Below, piece by piece: positions 1 to 8,803 of a stretch of DNA of 35,484 bases. The first letter of the stretch is position 1. Every line of letters starts with the position of its first letter. The DNA is from an uncultured Candidatus Saccharibacteria bacterium (GTDB lineage Bacteria > Patescibacteriota > Minisyncoccia > Phycocordibacterales > UBA9973). Where the stretch lies: the NCBI GenBank assembly GCA_964596395.1, contig CAZQSY010000007.1:1-35484 (forward strand), given 5' to 3'. The notes beneath the pieces are model-generated. The model was not told the origin of the DNA and did not search any database. It saw only the letters and a list, made by a program, of their open reading frames with translations. The translations under genes and the position numbers were made by a program.

Positions 1-52
1 TATTGATAAACAAAGAGAGTTTAACGCTTTGTGCGATAAAAATCTCGTAATG

Positions 53-138
53 CGGAGGCGGTGAGATTCGAACTCACGATGCCTTTCGGCATACCGGTTT
101 TCGAAACCGGCGCACTAGACCAACTATGCGACGCCTCC
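53..138 (-). tRNA. tRNA-Ser (anticodon CGA)
   Basis: The reverse complement folds as a cloverleaf. Acceptor GGAGGCG/CGCCTCC; anticodon stem CCGGT/ACCGG with loop TTCGAAA. A 16-nt variable arm TATGCCGAAAGGCATC is typical of class II Ser tRNA. T arm GTGAG-TTCGAAT-CTCAC. CCA is not encoded. Confidence 0.9.
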
Positions 139-207
139 GTACAGCTATAAATCTAGCATTTCTTTGCCATTTTGCCAAAAAATGTTATATTATTTCAGTT
201 CTTATTT

Positions 208-279
208 GGCCCTATCGTCTAACGGTTAGGACATCGGCTTTTCAAGCCGGTAATCCGGGTTCGATTCCCGGTGGGGTCA
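208..279 (+). tRNA. tRNA-Glu (anticodon UUC)
   Basis: Acceptor GGCCCTA/TGGGGTC (with G2-U71); D arm GTCT-AACGGTTA-GGAC; anticodon stem TCGGC/GCCGG with loop TTTTCAA; T arm CCGGG-TTCGATT-CCCGG. Confidence 0.9.
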
Positions 280-295
280 CAAAGCACTTAACACG

Positions 296-323
296 AAAAA
301 GAGCACACTGCTGTGCTCTTTTT
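296..323 (+). terminator. Rho-independent terminator after tRNA-Glu
   Basis: Perfect hairpin AAAAAGAGCACA-ctgc-TGTGCTCTTTTT ending in a T-run. Confidence 0.7.
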
Positions 324-542
324 CTGTGCTTTGTGAAGACGGAAGCATGTTTTTCTAGCAAGAAAAACGGCTGAGTCCGGGTCTGGAAAATTTGCTTAAG
401 ACGTTAAGCAAATTATTGTGGATCACGTAAAGCGTGCAACTCAACTAAAATGAATCCAGAGCAAAAATCCTCTCCCCTTGTGCTTTACCTAATGTATAAT
501 ATAATAACTTTATTATATATTTATATCTAAAACAAAAACATT

Positions 543-908
543 ATGGATAATGCTCAACTTGAGAGACCCGTACGCTTAGATCAAAAGTTAGTAAAAGAAC
601 TTGAACCTTTTTTGAAACAGGTATTCCCGTGTTGTGTCCTTACTGTGGACAGTAATATAAGCGGATTAAGTGGTCCCATTTTAAGGTTGAAGCTTGAGCG
701 TAAAAAGAAGCGTAAAAAGAAAGGAGGAGAAGAAAAATTTTATACAAATGAAGAAAAAGTGATTAAACTTTTTACGGATGCTGGTTATGAAGTTGCCAAG
801 ATCACAGATGGTAAAAATAAGATTGAATGCAAAAGAAACAGTGAAGAGTTCCGTGTAGAATTAAAAATATATGAAGATTCAGTTTTTATGTATCTGAATA
901 CGTTTTAA
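543..908 (+). CDS. Hypothetical protein (121 aa) with an internal poly-Lys tract
   Basis: Clean ATG ORF in a visibly AT-rich segment directly downstream of two tRNA genes. No motif I recognise. Contains KKKRKKKGGEE. Confidence 0.5.
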   Translation: MDNAQLERPVRLDQKLVKELEPFLKQVFPCCVLTVDSNISGLSGPILRLKLERKKKRKKKGGEEKFYTNEEKVIKLFTDAGYEVAKITDGKNKIECKRNSEEFRVELKIYEDSVFMYLNTF

Positions 909-922
909 GTGATTAGCTTTTT

Positions 923-1159
923 GTGTCTCCTAAACTCATCAAAGTTAAAGTAACCGCCGGGGCGAAAAGGGAGGGGATTGAGAAGATTGGCGAGGGTGTT
1001 TTTAAAGTCAGGGTTTCGGCGCCGCCAGAGAAGGGGAAGGCGAACGAGAGGGTGAGGGAACTGTTGGCCGAACATTTCAGGATTGCCAAGTCGCGAGTTG
1101 TTTTGATAAGCGGGGCGGCTTTTCGCGAGAAAGTTTTTTCGGTAATTTTTAATTTATGA
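923..1159 (+). CDS. DUF167 (YggU-like) family protein
   Basis: 78 aa with a GTG start. The pattern IKVKVTAGAKREGI...FKVRVSAPPEKGKANERVRELLAEHF...V.LISG resembles UPF0235/DUF167. Its stop overlaps the next start (ATGA). Confidence 0.7.
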   Translation: MSPKLIKVKVTAGAKREGIEKIGEGVFKVRVSAPPEKGKANERVRELLAEHFRIAKSRVVLISGAAFREKVFSVIFNL

Positions 1160-1479
1160 GCAAGACGAAACTTGCCGAGGGCGTGGTTCACAAAGTTCCG
1201 GCCGATTTGCGGGTTTCTCTCTTTTCCGCCAAGGCGGCGCTTTCCGCGTGGGAGGATATTACGCCGCTTGCGCGGAACGAGTGGATTTGCTGGGTTATGG
1301 ACGCCAAGAAACCCGAAACGAGAGCTCATCGAATCGAGAGAGCGCGCGCGGAATTGATGGAGGGAATCCGCCGCCCTTGCTGTTGGGCCGGCTGTGTTCA
1401 CCGCACGGATAAGCCGGTAAGCCCTTCAGTGCGGGCAATACTCAACAGGCGCTCTAAAAAACAAGAAATGGAAAAATAA
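1156..1479 (+). CDS. YdeI/OmpD-associated (OmdA-like) family protein
   Basis: 107 aa. The segment W..ITPLARNEWICWV..AKKPETRAHRIERA...L..G.RRPCCW resembles the YdeI/OmdA domain. Translationally coupled to the upstream gene. Confidence 0.65.
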   Translation: MSKTKLAEGVVHKVPADLRVSLFSAKAALSAWEDITPLARNEWICWVMDAKKPETRAHRIERARAELMEGIRRPCCWAGCVHRTDKPVSPSVRAILNRRSKKQEMEK

Positions 1480-1530
1480 TAATTCGGTAGTATAATCCTA
1501 AAGTCGCTGAACCAAAAAACCAGTAAGTTT

Positions 1531-2592
1531 ATGACCAACGGAAAAATTGCCAGATTTTTACTTGAACACAACAAGGAACAGAGTGAAATTTATCGCAGTC
1601 CCGACGAGACGCTGGCCCGCCGGCAGTATAGAGCGTCGCATCCGACCGAGATTGCCGCGCTTAAATGCATGGACGGGCGCTTGAATTTGCCGATTATCAC
1701 CAAGACGCCGTGGGGTATAATTCAGCCCTTCAGAAACGTGGGAGGCGCTTTTGATTTTGGCTGGCCGTTTTTCGGACAGCTCATTCTTGATTGGGTGGGC
1801 TACTCTACGATGCGCGCCCGCGATTGCGTGCTGCTCATCACTTACCATTGGTCTAAAGGGGATGTACACAGAGGATGCAAAGGTTTTAACTATGACGTGC
1901 AGGCGGCGAGGGAACACACCGAAGGGCTGAAGAAACAAGCTGAGAGAATTTTTGGTGGTCGTCATTTTGTAGTTTATCCGATTCAGATTGGAGTTGAAAC
2001 TGATGAGGACGCGATAACGCTTCATGGTAGAGATGGAGATGCTTTAAATCTGTCCCAGATTGGCAGTTTATCTCCAGAAGAAATGCGGATTATGCTTGAA
2101 AAATTGTACCCCGACATGAAGCCAAAAATGATAGACGACCTTTTGCCGCTGGTGCTGGGCAACATAAAACACATAGACGAGATTAGAAAACTCAACCGTC
2201 CGGCCAGGGCGGTCGAACACAGCGAAGACACCATCGCGCTCGGACGCGGATTCAGCTGGCTGCATATCCCGAATAAAGCGCTGATTATCGGGCCTTATAG
2301 CTATGATTTGGCGCAGCCGGTTGCCACCGCGGCAAAAATTGTTTTGGATAATTTGAACAAAGGACGGATTCCAAAAGGGGATGGAGCGGTTCTGATGGTG
2401 TCGGCTCTTTATCGCGAAGCGAGCGGCCCCGAGCGCCCCGCCGCCGTAGAAAAAGCGGATTCTCTGGCGCGTTTTGCGGTAGAGACGGTCAAAAGAGAAG
2501 TCCCCGAGCTTATGCCGCATCTTTCTGTCTTGGTCGGTACGGTTGATTCGGACACGATGTTTTTTACCAAGCAGGAATCGGTGAGCCGGTAA
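1531..2592 (+). CDS. Hypothetical protein with a beta-carbonic-anhydrase-like zinc-site motif set
   Basis: 353-aa ORF. Motifs: C46-M-D48-G-R50 (nt 1666-1680), then FRNVGG, then H113-R-G-C116 (nt 1867-1878). This matches the order CxDxR ... RNxG ... HxxC of beta-class carbonic anhydrases. The length and remaining sequence are atypical for that family. Confidence 0.6.
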   Translation: MTNGKIARFLLEHNKEQSEIYRSPDETLARRQYRASHPTEIAALKCMDGRLNLPIITKTPWGIIQPFRNVGGAFDFGWPFFGQLILDWVGYSTMRARDCVLLITYHWSKGDVHRGCKGFNYDVQAAREHTEGLKKQAERIFGGRHFVVYPIQIGVETDEDAITLHGRDGDALNLSQIGSLSPEEMRIMLEKLYPDMKPKMIDDLLPLVLGNIKHIDEIRKLNRPARAVEHSEDTIALGRGFSWLHIPNKALIIGPYSYDLAQPVATAAKIVLDNLNKGRIPKGDGAVLMVSALYREASGPERPAAVEKADSLARFAVETVKREVPELMPHLSVLVGTVDSDTMFFTKQESVSR

Positions 2593-2600
2593 CGGCCGGC

Positions 2601-3536
2601 TTATTTCGCGTGCAGGTATAGATATATATCCTCGAGCGCTTTCACCGCGTCGCCGGCGGCGATGTTGTTTTGATGATACAAGACGTTCGTACAGTCGCCG
2701 GCGGCCCAGACGCCCTTCAATTCGGTCTGTTGGTTGAGCGGATTTATTTTTATGTTTCCTTTTTCGTCGAGCGGCACGAGTTCTTTAGAGAATTCGGTGT
2801 TCGGTATATGGCCGATTTCCACGAAAATTCCGGCGGCTTTCAATTCGCTTTGCTCTCCCGTTTTTTTATCTTTAAAAATTATTCCTTCCACGAATTTGTC
2901 ACCCTTGATTTCAAGTATTTCTACATTCCTCAGGGCTTTCATTTTTTCGTTTTTCAAAACTTTTTCCACCGTGATTTCATCGGCGCGAAATTTTTCGCTT
3001 CGGTTTAGGAGCGTTACCGATTTAGCATAAGCGAGGAGCTGAGCGGCGGTTTCAAAACCGGCGTTGCCTCCGCCGACGACGATAGTGTCCTGGTCGGCGA
3101 AAAGCGGGCCGTCGCAAGAGGCGCAGTAGGTAAGGCCTTTGTTTTCAAATTGGTTTGCGCCCGGCACTTCGAGCTTTCGCCGGTGGCTGCCCGAGGAGAT
3201 CAGAATGGTTTTCGCCAGAAATTCTTTTTCATTTTCGGTTCTCACTTTAAACAGGTCTCCTTCTTTGGAAAGCAGGGTGGCCTTGAAACCCTCGATTACT
3301 TCCAAGCTCTCGCCGGTGTTTGCCGCCACGTGCGCTTTGAAATTCTTGGCCAAGTCGGCGCCCGAAATAGAGACCGAACCTATCCAGTTGTAAATCTGCT
3401 CAGAGACGACCGACTGCCCGCCCCACTCTTTGATGAGAAGGAGTGTCTTCAGCCGTTTGCGGGCGGCATATACCGCGGCCGCCGTACCTGCCGGCCCCCC
3501 GCCGATGATTATTAAATCGTAAAGCATAGGAAACAT
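2601..3536 (-). CDS. trxB: Thioredoxin-disulfide reductase
   Basis: FAD motif IIIGGGPAGTAAAVYAAR, redox-active CASCDG, NADPH motif VVGGGNAGFETA, C-terminal GVWAAGD. An alternative start lies 3 codons in (3527). Confidence 0.9.
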   Translation of the reverse strand: MFPMLYDLIIIGGGPAGTAAAVYAARKRLKTLLLIKEWGGQSVVSEQIYNWIGSVSISGADLAKNFKAHVAANTGESLEVIEGFKATLLSKEGDLFKVRTENEKEFLAKTILISSGSHRRKLEVPGANQFENKGLTYCASCDGPLFADQDTIVVGGGNAGFETAAQLLAYAKSVTLLNRSEKFRADEITVEKVLKNEKMKALRNVEILEIKGDKFVEGIIFKDKKTGEQSELKAAGIFVEIGHIPNTEFSKELVPLDEKGNIKINPLNQQTELKGVWAAGDCTNVLYHQNNIAAGDAVKALEDIYLYLHAK

Positions 3537-3644
3537 TATACACCAGAATCACTCGCGGGTGCAGTTTTTTCGAAACATTGCGCAGGAGCTTAGAAAATAA
3601 AAGAGGTAATCCGATTATTATTTTCTTGAGCGACGAGCATAGCA

Positions 3645-3662
3645 AAAAGCCAGCCGGCTTTT
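3645..3662 (-). terminator. Hairpin terminator downstream of ftsZ
   Basis: AAAAGCC-agcc-GGCTTTT hairpin about 35 nt past the ftsZ stop. The symmetric A/T flanks could make it bidirectional. Confidence 0.45.
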
Positions 3663-3696
3663 ATGCGCGTTGAGAAAAAACTGCGCCAAGAGGGAT

Positions 3697-4911
3697 TTAA
3701 TTTTTCTTCCTTCTCAAAAAGGCCGGTACGGCGCTCCAGTCGTCTCCGTCATCGTCTATGATTATTTCCTCTTTTTCTTTTTTATCTTTGTCGCCCGTCT
3801 TCTTGATAAAATCGGGAATTTCCTTGTTTTCTTTTACGCCCATCCGGTCGGCTATGGCGCTGTGTATTTCCTTCACCGCCTGGTTTTTGTTTTCTTCCTT
3901 AAGCGTCGTCTGGTTTAAGATATTCGTGCCGCTAAAAAGATTTTTGCGGGGAACTTCGCCGGCGAAACTGGTGGCGATTACCGTGACTTTCAGTTCGCCT
4001 TTTTTCATGTTCTCGTCGTGTATTGTGCCGAAGATTACTTTCGCGTCTTTGTCGATGGATTCAGTTATGATTTTCGCTGCTTCCTGGATTTCGTGAATCG
4101 TTATGTCGTCGCCGCCCGAAATGGCAAAGAGCACGCCCTTGGCGCCGTTAATTGAAATTTCAAGCAGGGGAGAGTTGATTGCCTGGGTCGCGGCTTTGGA
4201 TGCCCGGTCGTCTCCGGCGGCAAGCCCTATACCCATCAGCGCGCTTCCGGCTTCGGCCATGACGGCGCGAATATCGGCGAAGTCGACGTTGATTATTCCC
4301 GGGGTCGTAATTAGGTCAGAGATTCCTTCTACCGCCTGTTTCAATACGTTGTCGCATTGAGCGAAAGCGTCGCGGAAGTTCGTGGTTTTATCGGCGAGCT
4401 GTATCAGTTTGTCATTCGGGATTATGATAATCGCGTCAACCTCTTTTGAAAGTTCTTCGATTCCTTTCTCGGCGATTTTCAGGCGCTGGTTTCCTTCGAA
4501 GAAGAAGGGCTTGGTAACCACGGCCACAGTGAGGATGCCCTGCTCTTTAGCCGCGCGCGCCACTATCGGCGCCGCGCCGGTGCCGGTGCCGCCGCCCATG
4601 CCGCAGGCGATGAAAACCATGTCCGCGCCTTTCATTACGTCTTGGATTTCCGATTTTGTTTCTTCGGCGGCCTTCTTGCCGACTTCCGGATTCATGCCGG
4701 CGCCCAGGCCCTTGGTCAGGTTTTTACCGATGTGAATTTTCTTTTCAGCCAGCGAATGATGCAGGTCCTGCGTGTCGGTATTCATGCAGATAAAGGTTAC
4801 CCCCTTGACCTTTGAGTTTATCATGTGGTTGACGGCATTCTTGCCGGAGCCGCCGATGCCGATAACCATGATGCGGGCGAAGCTTTCTATCTCTGGGTTT
4901 AATTTGGGCAT
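3697..4911 (-). CDS. ftsZ: Cell division GTPase FtsZ
   Basis: Tubulin signature GGGTGTGAAP, N-terminal GIGGSGKNAVNHM, and the conserved C-terminal peptide DDWSAVPAFLRRKK. Confidence 0.97.
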   Translation of the reverse strand: MPKLNPEIESFARIMVIGIGGSGKNAVNHMINSKVKGVTFICMNTDTQDLHHSLAEKKIHIGKNLTKGLGAGMNPEVGKKAAEETKSEIQDVMKGADMVFIACGMGGGTGTGAAPIVARAAKEQGILTVAVVTKPFFFEGNQRLKIAEKGIEELSKEVDAIIIIPNDKLIQLADKTTNFRDAFAQCDNVLKQAVEGISDLITTPGIINVDFADIRAVMAEAGSALMGIGLAAGDDRASKAATQAINSPLLEISINGAKGVLFAISGGDDITIHEIQEAAKIITESIDKDAKVIFGTIHDENMKKGELKVTVIATSFAGEVPRKNLFSGTNILNQTTLKEENKNQAVKEIHSAIADRMGVKENKEIPDFIKKTGDKDKKEKEEIIIDDDGDDWSAVPAFLRRKKN

Positions 4912-4980
4912 ATAAAATATGACTTAATTTATTAATTAGTTGCTTCGCCCTATAATAGCAGAAAAAATATTTAATACAAC

Positions 4981-6147
4981 TTACGGCAGAAGTTCGCGCA
5001 GGTTTGATTTGATGGAATTTTTCAGGTTTTTAAACAGGTTTCTGGCGGAGCCCGGAGGGTAATATTCTTCTTCGCCGTGAGGCAGAGCGATGAGCCCCAG
5101 CGCGTTAAACCACGCCGGGTCGCGGAGCTTTGTTTTTATGCTTCCGAACATTTCAGTCGCTCCGATTTTCGAAGGAAGCTTGAGCGCCGACTTTGAAACC
5201 TCGATGAGCATTGGTATGTTCGCCTCGCCTCCGATGAAAACCACGCCGGCCGGGAGAAGTTCGTTCCTTTTTATTTTTTTCAGATGGTTTCCCACCAGTT
5301 CAAAAATATCGTACAGCCGCGCCTCGATTATTTCGTCTAGCTTTTTTTTAGAAAAACTTTCCGAAGCGCTGCCGAGTTTCAGATGTTCCGCCTCTTCGAG
5401 CGAGACCTTCATGCCGAGCGCTATGTCGTTAGTCACGTCTGACCCCCCGATGGAAAAAGTGTGCAAAGAAGAAAGCGTATCGTTTTCAAAGACCGACAAC
5501 GCGGTGGTTTCCGAGCCGATGTCTACCAGAGCGCATCCGACAATTTTCTGCCTCTGCGAGAGAGCGATGCGGCTGCCGGCAATCGAAGGTATCGCGATAT
5601 CGGTCGGCTCTATCCCGACCGAAGTGACTACCTCCAGAAGGTCTTCGAAATGCGAAGCCGAACAGGTGACAAAAAGCGCTTTTGTCTCAAGCTTAGTTCC
5701 CCGCATGCCTTCGGGGCGGCCAAGAATTTCTTTGCCGTCCAGTTTGAAAGAAACCGGAAAAGTCCCCAGAACTTTTTTGTTGTTCAGGTTCAAATTTGCT
5801 TCGCAATCCTCTAGGGCTTTGGCCACGTCGAGTTCGGTCACTTCGCCGTCGGCTTTTGAAACAATGCCCGTGCCGTTCGAAGTTTCTCCCCGTACCGTCA
5901 CGCTTCCCATCGAAACAGCCGCGCGCCTTATCCTTATGCCCGAATTTTTCTCCGCCGCCGAGACGGCGGCGCGCAAAGAAGAGACGGCTTCATGTATGTC
6001 CGTCACATAGCCGTGCCGCAGGCCTCTGGTTTCCGCTTCTCCTGTGCCTATGATTTTAGGATTTTTTTCTCCCTTCAGGAACTCTCCCACCACTACTCTC
6101 GTTGCCGAGGTTCCTATGTCCACTCCGATGGAAATATTTCTTATCAT
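4981..6147 (-). CDS. ftsA: Cell division protein FtsA
   Basis: Actin-fold phosphate-1 motif ISIGVDIGTS at the N-terminus, later VDIGSETT and VFIGGEANIP. Start set at ATG 6147, which has GGAAG 6 nt upstream. The ORF is open back to 6180. Confidence 0.9.
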   Translation of the reverse strand: MIRNISIGVDIGTSATRVVVGEFLKGEKNPKIIGTGEAETRGLRHGYVTDIHEAVSSLRAAVSAAEKNSGIRIRRAAVSMGSVTVRGETSNGTGIVSKADGEVTELDVAKALEDCEANLNLNNKKVLGTFPVSFKLDGKEILGRPEGMRGTKLETKALFVTCSASHFEDLLEVVTSVGIEPTDIAIPSIAGSRIALSQRQKIVGCALVDIGSETTALSVFENDTLSSLHTFSIGGSDVTNDIALGMKVSLEEAEHLKLGSASESFSKKKLDEIIEARLYDIFELVGNHLKKIKRNELLPAGVVFIGGEANIPMLIEVSKSALKLPSKIGATEMFGSIKTKLRDPAWFNALGLIALPHGEEEYYPPGSARNLFKNLKNSIKSNLRELLP

Positions 6148-6508
6148 AAATGTCTTCCGCTTTCTCCATTTTACTACCATGTCGCATTCCTTTCAAATGC
6201 AGCATGCCGTGGATAACGAGAAAGCCGAGCCAATCCGCGAAATTTTTGCGCTTCGCGGCCGCTTCTTTTTTCACAACCGAAGGGCAGAGCAGAATTTCAC
6301 CGGAAGTTTTAGAAAGAGGGAAAGAAAGTATGTTCGTGGGCTTGTCTTTTCCGCGCCAGGCGTGGTTCAGTTCCCGCATTTTCGCCGGCCGGAGGTACGC
6401 CACGGAGAGGGAGTATCCTTTTCCGAGAATTTCGTTTTTCAGCGGCAAGAAAGAAATCCCCGGTATTTTTACCGCTGTCCTGTTTGAGATTGAAAGTTTT
6501 TCTTCCAT
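6056..6508 (-). CDS. ybeY: rRNA maturation endoribonuclease YbeY
   Basis: Metal-binding motif HGMLHLKGMRHG in a protein of about 150 aa. The C-terminal tail runs 92 nt into ftsA. Confidence 0.85.
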   Translation of the reverse strand: MEEKLSISNRTAVKIPGISFLPLKNEILGKGYSLSVAYLRPAKMRELNHAWRGKDKPTNILSFPLSKTSGEILLCPSVVKKEAAAKRKNFADWLGFLVIHGMLHLKGMRHGSKMEKAEDIYDKKYFHRSGHRNLGNESSGGRVPEGRKKS

Positions 6509-6517
6509 CGCGGAAGC

Positions 6518-6745
6518 TTATTTTAGTTTGCCCAGTTTGCGCAGTTTCTCAACTTCTTTTCTTCTGCCCAGGCGCTTCAGAGTTGATTTTTTGACCTTCA
6601 GCTTTGAGTCCTTGCGCTGGCTATAGCGGGAATTTTTTATTTTCGGGATGATGTTGGATTCCTGCACCCTGCGGCTGAATCGGCGCAACAAGCTCGTGTT
6701 GTTTTCGCTCATACCCCGCGTCACTTCTATAACTGTTTTTGCCAT
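6518..6745 (-). CDS. rpsU: 30S ribosomal protein bS21
   Basis: 75 aa and highly basic. The segments LLRRFSRRVQESNIIPKIK and YSQRKDSK match the S21 pattern. Confidence 0.85.
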   Translation of the reverse strand: MAKTVIEVTRGMSENNTSLLRRFSRRVQESNIIPKIKNSRYSQRKDSKLKVKKSTLKRLGRRKEVEKLRKLGKLK

Positions 6746-6802
6746 GCGCTTAGGTTATCATAAGTTTACTTTTCCGTCAAAAAAAGTTAAAATCAAAATT
6801 CA

Positions 6803-7273
6803 ATGAAGACCGCGAACGATTACATAACCAAAGAAAAGAAAAAAGCCCTAGAGGAAGAGCTGGAGGAACTGAAGGGTCCGAAAAGGAAAAAAATCTTGGA
6901 AGCGCTGGCTTACGCCAAGTCCCTAGGCGACCTGAAGGAAAATGCCGAATATCATCAGGCGCGCGAAGACCAGGCCTTGCTCGAAGAGCGGATTTTGAAA
7001 ATTGAACAGATTCTGAGGTCCGCCCAGGTGATTTTGAATTATTCGGGCGCCGTGGCCGGGATGGGCTCGCGGGTAGTCGTGCAAAAAGAAGGCGAAAAGG
7101 AAGAAAGAACTTACCGAATCGTCGGCTCCGAAGAGGCCAGCATGCTAGAAGGAAAGGTCTCAAACAAGTCTCCGTTCGGGCAGGCTCTGCTCGGCAAAAA
7201 GGAAGGGGATACGGCCACTTTCAAAACTCCCGCCGGAGGGACGACAAATTACAAAGTGCTCAAGGTGAATTAG
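6803..7273 (+). CDS. greA: Transcription elongation factor GreA
   Basis: 156 aa. N-terminal coiled coil with LGDLKENAEYHQAREDQ, and a C-terminal FKBP-like domain with G.EEA....G.VS..SPFGQALLGKKEGD. Confidence 0.9.
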   Translation: MKTANDYITKEKKKALEEELEELKGPKRKKILEALAYAKSLGDLKENAEYHQAREDQALLEERILKIEQILRSAQVILNYSGAVAGMGSRVVVQKEGEKEERTYRIVGSEEASMLEGKVSNKSPFGQALLGKKEGDTATFKTPAGGTTNYKVLKVN

Positions 7274-7278
7274 CCCAA

Positions 7279-8763
7279 ATGTCTTCCATCGAGGAAATAA
7301 AAAACGCCCGGCTCAAAAAAATAAACCTTCTGAAGGAGAAAGGTGTAGAGCCCTACGCGGCTTTGTCCCGGAGGGAGATTTCTTTGAAAGAAGCCGTAGA
7401 CAACTTTGATTCCCTCGAAAAAAGCGGGGAAGAAAAATGGGTAGCCGGCCGTGTCATGTCTCTGCGCGGACAGGGAGCGATTATTTTTACAACTCTTTAT
7501 GACGGCACGGCGAGCTTTCAGGGGCTTCTGAAGAAAGACGTGCTGGGGGAAGAAAAGTTCGGCTTGTGGGAAGAGACGGCTGATATCGGCGATTTCGTGG
7601 AGCTACGGGGAAAATTTTTCGTAACCAAGAGGGGAGAAAAGACCGTTGAGGCGCGGGATTGGCGGATGCTTACCAAAAGTTTACGCCCGCTTCCCGAGAA
7701 GTGGCACGGCCTACAGGATGTGGAGGAAATCTACCGGGCCCGATACCTCGATCTCGTGATGGACCGCGAGGCGCACGAGGTTTTCATAACCCGCGCGAAA
7801 ATCATCAAAGCGATTAGGCAGTATCTGGACGGCAAAAATTTGCTTGAGGTTGAGACGCCCGTTTTGCAGCACCAGGCCGGCGGGGCCATGGCAAAGGTTT
7901 TTGAAACGCGCCACAACGATTACCAGATGGACATGGTGCTGCGCATCGCGCTTGAGCTCGACCACAAGAAAATCATGGTTGGCGGATACGAAGGGGTTTA
8001 TGAAATCGGCAAATGTTTCAGGAACGAGGGCTCCGACCCCACGCATATTCAGGAATTCACCATGCTCGAGTGGTATGCCGCCTACAAAGACCTTGAAACC
8101 AACATACGCTGGACCGAAGAGATGCTGAAAAAAATCGCTTTTGAAATTGCCGGCAAAAAGATTTATAAAATTTTAAACAAAGAAGGAAAAGAAATCGAAG
8201 TTAATTTTGATACCGTATGGCCGAGAGTAAAATTTGGCGACCTGCTTAAGGAAAACGCGGGTATAGATATAGGCGGCATTTCGCTAGAAGACGCGCGCCA
8301 AGAGGCGGTCAAATGGGGAATGCCCGAAGACGAAGCCCAAAAGATGGGCAAGGGGAATCTGCTTGACCATATTTATAAAAAATCCTCCCGCGCCAAAATA
8401 GTGAATCCGGTTTTTGTTACCGATTTTCCCGGCGAACTCAAGCCGCTGGCCCGGCAGAATCCCGACGGCACGGCGCAGGTGGCCCAGCTCGTGATTGCCG
8501 GAGCGGAGATTACGAACCAGTATGCCGAGCTGGTCGACCCTCTCTTAGAACGGGAACTTCTCGAGGCCCAGGCGCGGGCGAAAAAAGAAGGGGACGAAGA
8601 AGCGATGGAAGTAGACGAGACATTTCTTCTAGCCATGGAACACGGAATGCCTCCGATGACCGGATTCGGCATGGGCATAGACCGGCTGACGGCGATACTT
8701 ACCGAGCGCAAAAATTTGCGCGACGTAATTTTCTTCCCGATTATGAAGCCGAAAGGGGAGTAA
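7279..8763 (+). CDS. lysS: Lysine--tRNA ligase (class II)
   Basis: 494 aa. N-terminal OB anticodon-binding region, class II motifs (FLEVETPVLQ, YEIGKCFRNEG, GMGIDRL). Confidence 0.95.
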   Translation: MSSIEEIKNARLKKINLLKEKGVEPYAALSRREISLKEAVDNFDSLEKSGEEKWVAGRVMSLRGQGAIIFTTLYDGTASFQGLLKKDVLGEEKFGLWEETADIGDFVELRGKFFVTKRGEKTVEARDWRMLTKSLRPLPEKWHGLQDVEEIYRARYLDLVMDREAHEVFITRAKIIKAIRQYLDGKNLLEVETPVLQHQAGGAMAKVFETRHNDYQMDMVLRIALELDHKKIMVGGYEGVYEIGKCFRNEGSDPTHIQEFTMLEWYAAYKDLETNIRWTEEMLKKIAFEIAGKKIYKILNKEGKEIEVNFDTVWPRVKFGDLLKENAGIDIGGISLEDARQEAVKWGMPEDEAQKMGKGNLLDHIYKKSSRAKIVNPVFVTDFPGELKPLARQNPDGTAQVAQLVIAGAEITNQYAELVDPLLERELLEAQARAKKEGDEEAMEVDETFLLAMEHGMPPMTGFGMGIDRLTAILTERKNLRDVIFFPIMKPKGE

Positions 8764-8767
8764 CAAA

Positions 8768-8796
8768 GCACCGAGCCCCGGCTTCGGCGCTTTTTT
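8768..8796 (+). terminator. Probable terminator after lysS
   Basis: GCACCGA-gccccggct-TCGGCGC hairpin with one mismatch, followed by TTTTTT. It abuts the next gene's start. Confidence 0.5.
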
Positions 8797-8803
8797 GTTT
8801 GAC

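Noticed and set aside
126-374. 82-aa plus-strand ORF.
   Set aside because: It runs across part of tRNA-Ser, through tRNA-Glu(UUC) and through the terminator hairpin, so it is an artefact of ORF calling.
913-1401. Long antisense or alternative-frame ORFs. Examples: 913-1401(-), 5090-6010(+), 6777-7163(-), 14344-14928(-), 23478-24011(-), 27878-28507(-), 33564-34097(-).
   Set aside because: Each lies opposite or within a gene with strong family motifs. Their products are low-complexity (Ser/Pro/Arg-rich) with no motifs, which is typical of shadow ORFs.
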